Source: Tubulanus polymorphus (Eukaryota; Animalia; Nemertea). From it: a stretch of 64,000 nt of DNA. Within the stretch, counting starts at the first letter, position 1. Each line of letters begins with the position of its first letter. Below are positions 35,741 to 49,400 of the stretch, one piece after another. The notes below the pieces were generated by a model. That model saw only the letters and a program-made list of their open reading frames with translations. It ran no database searches and was not told the origin of the DNA. The translations under genes were made by a program, and so were the position numbers. The DNA lies in assembly GCF_964204645.1 (NCBI RefSeq), contig NC_134025.1, positions 806,001 to 870,000 of the forward strand, written 5' to 3'.

Positions 35741-38700
35741 ATGGCGCAATTTATACCGACCAGGAGAATAGATCTTGTCATTATAATTTTACTCGGTGTC
35801 ACAAGTAACGTATTCTGCGCAGGTAAGTGAAAGGTTTCTATGGAGGATCCAATCCGTTCACATTTCTGAACTAACTCTCAATACAGAATTAACCGAAGAA
35901 CGTGGAACTGGGTTCTAATGTTTACAATCGCTGTACCTATTATTGAACATCAATATCTTACCAAAATCAATTCTGCTGAGTAAATAATAGTTTATTGATC
36001 GTTCTATTTTATTACAGATTTTATGTTCAATTCTCTGTCATTCTCGATGCCGTCTGGAATGACTATTGGTCGTACATACACTCTGTACGGTCGCGCTGGT
36101 CTACGTAGTAACGTGTATATACCTACAAGTACGTATTCATCTTATTTCATTATTTGGAATAATGATGTGAATGTTGAATTAGTTCATTTGTATCAGTCAC
36201 AAACATTCATTTGTGGGTTCAATGTTTGAAATGTGACTAACTTCGCCAACAACTAGAATATAGATATCCCAAGATAAGACGAATGGAAAATAAATTGCGA
36301 ATAGTTTTTTTGTCTTCAGGAATCAATCCAAAACAAAGAAACAAAGATGCAAAGATCGATATGCATATTCTTTAGATCTCATACTTCTTCACTAACATTA
36401 GAATTCCTGAAGATGCCCTTTAGGATATTGTCAAAACGTTGAATAAACCATTATCTAGAGGTCGAAACATTTCAGACTTATATTCTTATCGTAAGATTGA
36501 ATATGATCTTTTACAACACTGACTCAAAGTGTTTCATCAATGGTTACCTATTGAATTGAGTTCAGACAGTTGCACAGTGATTTCATTTGATTTTAGCCGG
36601 AGGTAACTTTCCATCCAAAGTCTACTGCATGGAGTACGATGTGACGAACGGAGCTCCACCGAGTCCGCTTCCAACTCCAGCTATTCCAGTAACATTCAGA
36701 CCGAGTGGTGGAGAGAACTGGGGAATACTCGGAGGACGAACTTCAACACGATCTATACAAATTACATTTACAGTACCGTCACCTAAACCTCTATGTGACG
36801 CCTGTATATATCTGTGTATAAACAGTGATGCTCCGCACGCTAATGAACAAGCGAATGAGAAAGACAATAACTGGGCTTGTCAAACGACTTCTTTATCATG
36901 TGATACGGGTAGGTTTACTAATGATATATATTTCATTGATAATCAATGATTATCACACAACTGCTGATATTTCAAAGTTTATTTATCTGACAGCTTCGAG
37001 ATCTATCTGAATTCCATCTTCACAGAAACAGTAATGGAGGCTATTTTGTGAAATCATTTCCGTTTCTCTGAATGTTGGATTTAGATAAAACTGTCAGATT
37101 TATAAACTTCAAAAATATTATCAATGTAGAGACCATATCAGTTTATCCATCACAGTTTGATAGTATTTCTTCGATCAAAACAGTTTCTACAGTTAATTTC
37201 TAACTTTTACTCATTTACAGACGTGAGTTTAACATCGATGTCGTCAGTACCGACACTTTACGAATGGAAATCTGTGCAAACTCCTTACTACGTCGACGTG
37301 AAATCTGATAAATCATTTACTGCTACAACTTCAACTGATAATTTTGTATTAACTACATTTTTCTCTGATAAAACAACAGCGAGTTGCGAATATACAACAA
37401 AAATGGTACCGTATAGTTGTACACCTCTAGCCGGAGCCCCGAATATCACTACAACTATGACTTCAAATTTAAAACAAGGTTTAACCGGAGGTAAAACAGT
37501 GACATTATCTGGCACGGTAAATTTCCCTGCACTTCCGGCAGCGATATGCGGTGTTGCGACGCTCCATGTCTGTACAGTCATCTCAAACTCTACTGATTCT
37601 ACTTGGGGAGAAATAATCTCAAATATGAACAATAATATTCAGTGTCGTCCTGTAAATGATAGATTCTGTACTCCAGGTAAGTGAGAATAGAGATATTCAT
37701 TACAATTAGACAGGTTTACAGATTACAAACTCTCTACCGGCCGCTTCTATCGGGTTTACCGATAAAATACAAATCCGGATTAGGCAGAAAACGAATGCAC
37801 CAGAAGAGAATTCCGGAATCGGTAGCGACCAATCGAAACCTGTCTAAATCAAGTCTGTCTGTTATAACTGAATCATTCTGTTTTCACTTTCAGATCCGAT
37901 GATTGATAATCCCGTTGCCAGCGCCCCCTGTCTGATAAAAGGGAAAGCAGTTTCGTTGGATTTCACATTCGATATAACAAATAATAAACGAACTGATATC
38001 ACGACTGATACATTTACTAATATTCCAGCATCGACTGGAGGCACGAATTTCGCTATAGTCGCCATGTTAACATCAGCGGCGACGATCCCTCCAACATCGG
38101 CGACTACTCTTTACGCGTACAATCTTACAACTACACAATCTATGGCTCAGAAATTAGATACCACAAACAAGATTACACCAGTCAATGCTAAAGCGAGTAA
38201 TGTTGTAATAACTGATAAATGTAAAGATGTAAAATATGTTTGTTTTTTGTTAAAACCTGGAACTAAACCGACATACGCGGTCGACTTTGACCTCAACAAT
38301 AACCACACTTGTACGACAGACGCCACTCTGTTTAATGACAGGAAAATCTGTGATCCTGGTAAGAAATGCTTCATTCTTATATTTAGTAGCCATGCACAGA
38401 ATTTAAATCATTAATTTTTGTGTGTATTTTGTAGATCTATCACTGACTATTTCGAAAATACAACCGAAACTACAAGGAGTTGATGTTCCAATAAGTGATG
38501 GTTACCCGGTCGATTTAGATATTGATTTCTCATTCAAAAACGTGGCCACAAATCCAGACATCGCTTCAGGAAACAATGTTATTGCGCCGTGTGGAGCTTA
38601 TAATAATCATAAATTCACCGCGTTAATCATTAACAAAGATTTAACTAAATCTGCGAGCGCGATCACGTGTTCATCGGTTATTACAAACAGCGCTCTGAAC

Positions 38701-41700
38701 GCTACTGTTTTAACTACTATAGACTCGACTACTATTCTTCGAGCTCCGATACTCGCAGCTAGCGACGGTCCCGCTATACCGACTAATAAAGAACTAACTA
38801 ATGTCAGACTAACTCCTGAAGATTGTCTATTACCTAAGTATGTATGTATATGCGTTGAACCGGACCCGGCTGCTGGTTGGACTGACTTCAATATGACGAA
38901 TAATTTCGATTGTAAAGTGATAAAACAGGACTGTGGTCCGTGTAAGTATTTTACCCTAAGCCTGGCGCCAACTCCCTGAGAAAATATATTTGAGGGAGGA
39001 ATGTTTTTAATTTACAGCTATTGGAAATCTACCGAATACAACTTGTATCTATGAGAATGTTACTGGTGATAATTGGTTATTTACTATAGAAGCTTCAGAT
39101 CCTGATGACGATTTATTAACCTGGCATTATTACGCGTCTCCAATGGATGATAGTTTCTATATGGATCCAGCAAACAGTGAGTCCCGATATTTCTACACTA
39201 AATACTGCGGGTGTCTCGGATAATGAATTCTATTTGTTTAACAGGTGGAATCATCAAGTATAGAGCCAAACATAAAATAAATTACGAGAAAATAAAGGAA
39301 TACAAACTTCACGTAATGGTTACGGATAGTAAAAACAAAGGCGTTACTGGAACTTTGAATATCTGTATCAAAGATTCAAATGATTTACCGAAATTCCACA
39401 ATTTACCGGCGACTGTAACTGTTCCTGAAAATCAACTTCATCAAGCTTCAATATTTCAGGTATACATCATAATTAACTCTTTTTCTCATTCTATCTAAAT
39501 TATGAAGTGTTTTATTACAAGTTATAATTGACGTGTGTTTTTTTGTCTAATGTTTACAGTTAAATGTAACGGATGAAGACAATGATCCTATTGCGTTTAA
39601 TATCACATCGTCTCAACCTAAAGATGGTGTAAACAAATTCACTGTGGATCGCAGTAAGTGCGCGGAACATAGAAATATCTGACAGAAACACTCTCTGAGA
39701 GTCCGTGTTTTAGTGATCTCACAATAAGAATGAAAAAATATTCCTTTGTTTCCCCGAGAGCTAATTATAGTCTATTCGACATTTCGACTATCTGAAGATG
39801 ATAGAATCATATTATCTGATATGATTATATTTTCAGATTTAGGTGTGGTTTATGTGAAGGATAATGCAGGAATAGATTATGAATATTTATGGGATAATTA
39901 CATCCCGGCTCCGTCTTATAAACTGAATATAACAGCTTGTGATAATACAGGATGTACAGCAGCATTTCTGAATGTTTCAATACTAGATGTTAATGAACCT
40001 CCATTTTATTCACCAAATAAATCTAATCACTTCAAAATCAAAGAACCAGCCACTGTAAGTTTTAGATCAAAAACTCTTTCGCTGAACGATTCATATCAAA
40101 ACATCTGTATTTTAAATTGGGTGAATTTATTGCAGTATGCTGCGCCATGTCCGGCCCGAAGAGGAAGAATATTTGCAATCCAGACGGCAGGAGATGTTGA
40201 TTCATTTATCCCATCTTCACCTCCTAGAGATCCATTATCATATAGTTTATACGATAAGAAATATGTGAATGATTTTTATAAACAGCACATAGTTGGAGGA
40301 ATGACTATTTGTGAAGGCGACTCGGTGATAGACTATGAAAGCACTACATTACCGCGTATATTCTATATAGGTAAAATTATATGTTACTATAGTTAAACAA
40401 CTAAAGGGTCGTGTAAAAAGGAATAAGGGTTAGGGTTAGGGTTAGTTAAATCAATATTAATTAAAAAGGAATAAAACTAAGATGGAACTAAAAGAACTCA
40501 TCCACCAGAAAGTCATTATTAGGCAAAAGCAGATCGTGACATATTGTATGGTGCTAATCTGCAACCCTTAATCTAACAGGGCCTCACAGCATACCAGCCG
40601 TGCGCACTATAACCCGCAGGTATTGAGATGTTTAATATTGAATATTTCAGATATAGTTGTCACTGATTCTGGATTCCAACATGAAGGTGACAAGAAGGGT
40701 ATTGTACCTTTATCAGCCGTTTATCAACTGAAAGTTTACGTGCAAAATATGTGTGAAACGCCATATTTTACTGCCCTACCACAAGTATCAATACCTGAAA
40801 ATACACCAGTCGGTACAACAGTAGCTGAGGTAGCTGGTACAGATGCAGATCTGTGGTTATACGGTGAATTCTGGTTCACTGTTGATCCTACAAATAATGC
40901 TTCCAAATATTTCGAAACTCGAAGAATATCCCGAACACGCGCCGCTCTACTGGTGAAATCTCCCATAGATTCTGAGGTCTACACAACATTCATCAACGTT
41001 CCAGTTAGAATTATTGACTATTGTAACAAAATAAGGACTGGCACGGTGAAAGTGACCGTTTTAAATGTCAATGATAATGCTCCGGTTTTTAACCAAACAC
41101 TTTATAACTGGGAGGTATCGACAACAGCAGCGATCGGAACATTCCTGGGACACGTCTCCGCTACTGATGCTGATAACGGTAATCTATTCAATCGTCTTTC
41201 TCTCTTCTATCAAAGGTTAGAATTGAAATATAATGTTTTTCTATTAATTTCTCTATATTTCTAGCTGTAACTTCGATCACGTATAATAAACTGTATCACG
41301 CTGAGATGTTTTCCATGAACTCCAGTTCAGGAATGGTTGATACTTTACTCACTCCGATGTTACCTTACCATAAATACGTATTGTATACAGTCGCTTCTGA
41401 TAACGACCCGAAAAATCCGCTCAAATCGCTGTAAGTTTTCATCTATAAAACCAGATATAAAACTAGAATTATTGATCTCTCGAATATTTATCTAATTAAT
41501 TTCAGAGTATCTACGATAAGAATTGACACATACGTGGAATGCGAGGTTCTCACTAGCTGGTATTCGAAACAAAATCTTCTACATTTCAATTATGCCAGAA
41601 TTCAGTCGTTTCTAATGAGTTTACAACCACTTTGTAACCCGTGTTTACCACGACTACACAATATATCTGAGATTAACGGGTGCGGCGATCTGTTTTATCG

Positions 41701-42426
41701 CATTATTCGATATTTTCTGGTCTAATCGCCGATAAATGAATGATATCTGATTTTCAGGAAAGCGGTTCTGATTATATATTTCCTGAAAGATGGATCTACG
41801 GAAGTTCTGGGAAATATCGGAAGACCGAAAGAGTTTCTTACTAATGATACCGTATTAAACTCATTATTACCGACGGATTTGACGCCGTATGAGATCAGTA
41901 GTGTCACTAATACGTGTCCTGTTCCTGTAGTTGTGACGTCATGTAATTGGATTCTGTGTACAATCGAAGGGAATTTGTTACTGGGATTTTTACTATCGGT
42001 AGCATTGACCGTGTGGTTAGGGTTGATATTAGCTATTGGTTTATACTTCTTCCCTACACATGAACGACACGGGTAAATCTTACAAGTTCCATACTTGAAT
42101 TCAACATAAACCGCAACACATCAATTTAATGTTTGAAAAAGCATCGAAATGAAGTTGCATCTATTTACTTTTCTTTCAGACAACGTTTGGACACTCCGTT
42201 TGTGAAAGGAGGTGATTTTGTTCGGAAAGTAGAGACTGTTCGGTTCCATCATCCCGAGGCTGCTCAAGGTATAAAATATCGTGTTTCATCATAATTTTGT
42301 GTTGTTCATAAAGATTAAATTGAAACTTTATATTTTCTATTTTCAGGAGATTTAGTGACTCTTGATTTTCGATATTCTGATAACCCGACAGTGGCGCGAC
42401 GATTCCTACCGGAAGTCAATGGATGA
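35741..42426 (+). CDS. Cadherin-related protein 1: signal peptide, 4 Cys-containing non-cadherin repeats, about 6 cadherin repeats, membrane-proximal domain, TM, short tail
   Basis: Signal MAQFIPTRRIDLVIIILLGVTSNVFCA; cadherin motifs YEN...ASDPDDD, INYE, DSNDLP, VPEN, IDYE, LDVNEPP, IPEN...GTDAD, LNVNDNAPVF, SATDADN; TM GNLLLGFLLSVALTVWLGLILAIGLYFF; stop TGA at 42424-42426. Confidence 0.88.
40427..40445 (+). repeat. Short interstitial (TTAGGG)n tract
   Basis: gggttagggttagggttag inside an intron. Confidence 0.7.
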
Positions 42427-42702
42427 TGATCGTATCGTCATCTATATCGTACTAATCGTATCTTGTACTAATTATCGTGAACATGTGTATCCGTCTGCTT
42501 TCTGTGTATCCGTCTGCTTTCTGTGTATCTGTCTGTATTAGTGAAACAATAAAGCATTTTCTATTTCAGTTTCCAGTTGTAACAAAAAAAAGAAAATCAT
42601 TTCGTTACAAAATATTCCATACCTTGTTCTATTGATCATGAATTAATTCATTTATTCCTGTCAATTTTGCATTGACTGATGTTTTCTGTTTGGGGGTGAA
42701 TG

Positions 42703-43755
42703 TTAGGTCACTGAGAATGAAGCGCGACATGAGGCCCAAATCCTACTGAAAATATTGTAGGTCTCTAAACGGAATCTTTTATTTGTTAAACAGTAAACGG
42801 AAAAATTAACACAAGAATCAAACATTGACATTAACAGTGAAATCTTACGAAGAACCATTTGATCTATTCCAGATATAGTCAATGAACTTATAAAATAGGG
42901 CAGTCGATCGACACATCCGGGAAACTCACAAATAATATAAACCACGACAACTGCTGAAACCATCTTCAATATTCCTGCATCTTTATCCCGGGCAGAAGCG
43001 CCACCTATTAGCGATTTGCGTCGTTTTCCGGCCCAATTATACACGACAAACAGAATTGCGTTAACAATTAACAGAAGGGTGATTGGTAGGTAAACCATAC
43101 CAATGGGGACTGTATATCTGGTACTGATACCTGCAATGAAATGCCTCCTAGGACGAACACGAATATCTGTATACTCCGGCCAGTAAACTGTATAAGTGTA
43201 CTGACCTGGTTTTAGACACGGCCATCTCGTTAAACCCGGTATTATGTTGGGAACCATAAACGGATAGTAAAGTAATATTGATACTAATAATAACAATAAA
43301 CATAGTAAATTAATAGTTGAAGGTTTCCAGTAGCGTTTATATTTCAACGGGAAAATAATGACTAAAATTCTCTCTAAACTCACAACAACAACGAACCAGT
43401 TTCTGACAAACTGTGACGGATAAAAGCCAAAGTAGGCTACAATTATAAACCACCAACCAAAATACCAGTCATCATAACGAAAAACCAAGTCACCCAGATT
43501 ACTGTAGATAAAATACGTTCTCAGCGGATACATGGTAAAAGACGATAAACTGAACGCAAGATCAGCGATTGCTAAAATACCGAGAGTATGATAACAATTA
43601 TTGCGTAGTCTCTTTATAACGATAATAGTGAGTAAATTCAACAGAATACCGCAAATGGTGACAGGACCCATTCCTATCATGTACATATAAACACTGAACT
43701 GATAGTTCCATCTTATTTTCTCAGTGCAATGATACTGTGAACTATTCACTACCAT
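42703..43755 (-). CDS. Single-exon class A GPCR (FMRFamide-receptor-like / lophotrochozoan chemoreceptor-like)
   Basis: 350-aa ORF with 7 hydrophobic segments and motifs GILLNLL, LAIADL, VSLERILVIIFPL, LPITLLLIVN, ICEFP, SCVNFSVYCLTNKRFR. Confidence 0.92.
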   Translation of the reverse strand: MVVNSSQYHCTEKIRWNYQFSVYMYMIGMGPVTICGILLNLLTIIVIKRLRNNCYHTLGILAIADLAFSLSSFTMYPLRTYFIYSNLGDLVFRYDDWYFGWWFIIVAYFGFYPSQFVRNWFVVVVSLERILVIIFPLKYKRYWKPSTINLLCLLLLLVSILLYYPFMVPNIIPGLTRWPCLKPGQYTYTVYWPEYTDIRVRPRRHFIAGISTRYTVPIGMVYLPITLLLIVNAILFVVYNWAGKRRKSLIGGASARDKDAGILKMVSAVVVVYIICEFPGCVDRLPYFISSLTISGIDQMVLRKISLLMSMFDSCVNFSVYCLTNKRFRLETYNIFSRIWASCRASFSVT

Positions 43756-44243
43756 GTCTATTCACTGCCACTTAATTCGACCTGTAGTTGCCTTAGAATT
43801 ACGATAACGATGCATGTGCAAATAGATTTCATAAGTTAATAGAAGCGCTGGCGCTTTTGTGAAATCGATACCTATGGTAATGTATAATATATAAAATTGT
43901 AGCTATCATTACGTTGAGTATTTCTTCCAGTAAGAACCCGACACAACCATACGTGAAAACTAAATGAAGAATATATTTCTGCAAAAAATATATTTGAAAT
44001 TGACGACTGAAAAGAGATTTACTTGATTTATATTTTCTGATTTATTAACAGCAGGTTTTATTCAATTCACAACGTACTAGCAGTGGTTATTCAGTGTTAC
44101 TTTGTTGAGTTTGAGTTTAACAACTGCAGGGACGTGGTCGTTTAACAGAAGTTACCAGTGACCTTCAATATTGATATTGTAGCGAATTTGTGACGAAAAT
44201 AGCCAAGAAATCATCAAGAAATCGCCTTTCACTAAACGTCCAG

Positions 44244-44369
44244 GGGCAAATTGCGCAGTCTAAAAAAGGTCTTAAATCTTGAGACTGGTCTTAAGTTGTA
44301 AGATTGGCTATAGAACTAAGTTGGTCTAAGACTGATCTTAAGTCTAAGCCATGACTATGCAACCGGCCC
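44244..44369. mobile_element. MITE family A copy
   Basis: cag|GGGC...CAACCGGCCC|ctg with the family core sequence. Confidence 0.8.
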
Positions 44370-46418
44370 CTGTGATTCTTGACTCTTTGTTCCATACTAA
44401 AAAATCGCGCATTCTGCTGTATATATTATTACTGTGTTGCGTGTAGATTAAACTCGCTATTTAAAATCATTTGTGTTCAGTTTTCTGTAAGGTTTTCCGT
44501 TTTCTATTGAAACTCGAGGAGATTATGTTTAATTCACCGTGAAGACTGTTAGACTTCACCTCACTGCATTTAGACTTCAACTCTGTGCATATTAGCTTCT
44601 TTTCCCCCCATTTAAACAAAACCTAACGATAATATTTTTTTTCGATTGTGCTCACATCTTTGTGATTTCTTTCTGAAATAAACCTTCTCACAAAGAAGCT
44701 TTTCTTTTACAACAAGAAGAATTCATATTTCGTTTCGACAACGTTTTACGTAAACTAGATATATTTTCTGAACCAATTATACATAGAAAGGCTGGTTGTA
44801 AACTTCAAACTTTACTTTATCCGAAAAATTCGAAGTCGTATATTACAAAATGAGTGTTACAAAAACAATTCAACTGAAGAGGTAATGTATACAATACAAT
44901 CAAATTCTTAAGAAATGTTGTTGATGACATACGTTAGATTTAGATATCAAATACACGTAGTTGAGACTATTTCCAGTTTTGAATGTTATTGAGTGAAACA
45001 ATAGCTGTTCTCTATATTCTCTAGCTTCAGCGTGGGTTTTCACTCAAGACGATTTAGATTTTTAAAATATTTTTGGATAGTTTATTGATTTGGACAACGA
45101 ACCTATGTGAATTAGGATATCATGATATCATAAATGAATTGTAATCGACAATAAGGCTAACGACGATTATTACTGTAATGACCCTCAACAAGTTGTTGTA
45201 AATAAAACATACGTTTTTCAAATATAGAATTATTCAGTGTATGATTAAAGTAAATGTTATATTCAAACCTCAACAGTCTTATTTCTTCTTAAAATTCGAG
45301 TTCTTGCTCTTTTCATATTTCTATAGTGAAAGAATTGAATTCTTTTCATTTTCCTACAACGCGAAGGAAACCATTTATCTGAAGCACACCTCCGATCTGT
45401 CAACGAAACAATCAAAGCTTTCATAGTCGCTTCTATGTGAAAGGTTATTTTTTCGACAAATAACCAGCAAATTCCTTTATTGGTGTCGTACACCTGAGCT
45501 CATCTTATAACTTTCAATTGCCTCAATTGTTTGTACAGTATTGAATCGTAGACAAACATTGAGAAAAAACTGACTTAGCGGCGGTCGTCTCGCGTTTAGT
45601 AAGAGATTGATATAAACTATACTGCGATCTTTATCAGGTTTATATATTTAACTCGATCGTTTTGAGAAGTCGTTTTTTATCACACATCGAAAACGGCGTT
45701 TTATTATTAATAGGTTTTATGTTTTTAAAACGGTAAGGATTTGTTTTGCGTATTTCGATGCGATAATACATGTCTGTTTTAATTGATCGATAGGTTTTTA
45801 CGAAAACGACCATAGAATAACAAATTGTTTGCTTTGATTTTCAATCAATTTGAAGTCGACCTGGTTGATAATACTTCTCACGATTAAAGTATAGGAAGGG
45901 TGCTAAGAATTTCAAACTGTGCTGTGCGGATATTAACAAATGAAGGGTATAGAATTCTATATTAAGATTTAACGTTATTTATATTAAGAATGAATAGAGT
46001 CCGAAATGTTTCCTTGAGCTACTATTTTATTCGAGGTTTCGTCCAGATCCTAACAGTTATTTTCATGAATATCAATTCGATAATTCTACTTATTCATTAT
46101 TCATTCGTTATGACTATACTATTAGGATTGAAACATTGAATAAGTATCAGCTTAATCAAAGAAAACATTTTTCACTTTTTTGCGTTTTTTTAGTTTGACA
46201 TGTTACATTATCTGCACAACACGGACTTAGAGTGTTACATCAATGGTTTATAACTGAATTTCACATCAGGAGCTGCACACTTCTCACTGGATAATACTGA
46301 TTAAGGTTCCACATATTCCTTATTACAAACACGGACTTAGAGTGTCGCATCAATGGTTTATAAATGCAAATTACATCAGGTGCACTGCTCAATGGATGAT
46401 TAAGATTCCACCAATAAA

Positions 46419-49400
46419 ATGGCTCATCACCGACTTCACTGTTGGCTGATACTGATTGGTTTATTCTCGACATTAATGGCCCTACAGCAAGGTACAGTCA
46501 TTAATTCACTACTTTACAAGTACATTAAATTTGCTCTTCAATAACGTTAGATTTTACCTAAGAGGTTTTTGAAACTATTTCGGTGTTTATTATGAGTGTT
46601 CGTTTTTACTGTTTAGTTGGAGTATATGAAGAAAAAAAAAACAGATACAGATTAACATTTCTCTTTTGTAGATCAAATAGTTCAAAACGTAGATAAAAAG
46701 TCCTATGAAAGATTTTCGGAAACGTTTTCTATTTTGTTAAACACAGATTATCGAGTAAAGACTCATTGATTGTTTTTAAGTATAGGTGTTTACCGTAAAA
46801 CAAAACAAAAAAACATATACGAAATATCATTTCTCATTCATATAAACATATATCAATTTAAAAATATTTTTCAAAGCTTTTCTTTAAGATTTGTTTTCTT
46901 TGGTATTCTATTACGTTAAATGACGATTTTATGTCAGCGAGTTCACTGTCTTTTTGCTCTTTTGGGTATTTTATTAATTCTAGATTATGAAGTAAGTGTA
47001 TTTACGGCAACAATGCCTGCAAACTGGGTTGCTGGATCTACTATCACAATACCAATATCTGTATCTATTAGACATATTGCCGTTGACGCCATCGCTGCAC
47101 AACCAGCCCCCAGTAAGTTCTACCAAGAAATTCATATATCATTCACTTGAACTTCATTCAGTATGTCAATTATTTTCTATCCAAGAATTGTGATTTCATG
47201 ATTTTATTGTTAAATAAGTATAATTCCTGAAGATGAAGACTAGTACTCTATAGGATATACGTCGTCGAAACGTTGAAAATAAACGATTTACTGAAGGAAA
47301 CTTTATGGACTCGTTACTTTCTGCTTGAGTGTCAGTTTTTTTCTTTGTTACTATCTACAACATCATCTTCTTTAATCATTTAAGATTTAAACTATGAAAT
47401 AGTGATTCGTATGACTCAGTACGATCTGAGAGCAGTTGGAGCGGGCTCTGATTTTACTACACCTAAAACATGTACACCGACAATCAACTTCGCTCCCAAT
47501 TCTCAACGGGTAAGAACCACAAAATCCGTATCTCACAATCCAAGCCTATAAATCTGAAATATTTCATTTGCCAATTTATGAATTGATGAAAAATTATTAC
47601 AATGCTACTTATCTTTTTATCACTTAATGATGAAACCTCATTATCGGGACTTTAAATATATTTTTTCTTGTTGTAGCATCAATATTCAGTATCAGGATAA
47701 AGTCGAAACGTTAAATAAACTACTAACTCAATGAAACATCTCGGACTATATTTTGATTCTGTGTGGGATTGAATTAATTCTAATGAATATACTTGTTCGT
47801 ACATTTTACAGTTGGGTCTACTGGTTGGACAGACATATTCTTTATCTGGTTCCGCTTCCTGTACGCTACCGAGTGGTGCGGATTGTTCTACGATACAGTT
47901 TTTATGCATCAGAGTTCAGGGCAATCCTACGAATGTCATAGCTCAGGATTATTTAGCAAATAATTGGAAATGTCAAGATTTATCGACAGTGACATCCTGT
48001 AGTCAAGGTAGGAAGCACTCGATGAAACCCTTTGATTCACACGAACAGCCTCATTCAATCTCTTAAGCGGAAACAGTGTTTCCGAGATCAAACATGTTAG
48101 ATTCCGCGTGTTCTATGTTACCCGTATTTCCTTGTTTCTCTGCGTCGTGTGCCAAGAAAAAACACGACGCTATTTCTTCAAATGCATGTTTTTGTGTCGT
48201 CATGACGATTTTGCTAGTGTCCCTCCCCTCGGAGAATGCTCATTCGACAGAATCTTTATCAACAACCATTGTAGCATTTTATTCGTTTAAAATAAATGCC
48301 ACCAAGTGTCCTATAGACTGAGAGCTAATATAGATTATTAACCCCTCTTGTGAACAATATACTTGATATTGAATGAAACATTGCGCACTGAGTTTGAATG
48401 ATATAAATACCTTCGGTTATAATAGATTTCAGACTTTTTTTTTAGTGTTTTTGTCGTACGCGGTTCAATCGGTATATTTACATTGAAAGAGGTAAATCCG
48501 AACGTGTGTTTCAACAACAGCCGCCGCCGCCACGCACTGCAGAAGTGTTCATTCATTTATCAGATTTTTAGACCTTATAAACATCCAAACGTTTTACGAA
48601 TCAAAATTAACGAAGTCAAATTCTAACAAACAAAAAGGAGTGAATGTGATATACATAGAAAAACCCACTTTCCACATTTATTTGAAGAATTATCGGAAGC
48701 AGAGAATTTAAAAAAGAGCCGGCGTTTCGGTCTCTAACTCCGCAGACGTTCGTTACACAAATCATTCGTGAATTCTGCGCATCCCGTTGCTGTTCCGTTC
48801 CATTGTTGAATATGATTTCCATGTCGTACTTCGTCTGACGATAAGAAAAAAATTATTCGTTGTGTATTTTTAGATTTGGAACTGGTTTCGTTCACAGCGC
48901 CCCCTGCGATGATATTATCCGTTCCTAAACTCGGCCAATCTGTGTCAATAACTCTAAAGAATGCGGCTACACCAGGACCGGGCGCTGATATCCATAGCGT
49001 TACTGGAAATAGTATCAACTATAAACTAGAAATGGGTTATTTTACTGATAATCTGGGAGCTACTCCGACCGCCGGCGCTACGGCGGTAACTTTAAGCGTC
49101 AGTCCAGTTTCAGACTTACAGAAATCACTGACAGCTCAAACATCCCTCATTCTATCAGCATCAGTAAACTACGCAGCATTAACTAACGCGTTTTGTGCGC
49201 AGGCTGAATTCGTGTGTATGAAAGTTTCAGCAGGTTCCGGCGCTGGATTTTCAGAAACAAATCTTAATAACAACGTCAAGTGTCAGCCATTGTCGCGAAG
49301 TTGTCATCCAGGTAATACTGCAGTGCCACCTGCGTCTAGAATGGCCATAACATAAAATACTATGTAACTGATAACACACGAATCACGATGCCTGTTCAAT

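Noticed and set aside
40427-40445. Telomere fusion signature
   Set aside because: Only about 3 TTAGGG units in one orientation; such tracts are common in repeat remnants.
46920-46983. ATG at 46920 as the start of cadherin 2
   Set aside because: This stretch is the intron's pyrimidine-rich acceptor region; a better signal-peptide exon with a phase-1 donor is at 46419-46491.
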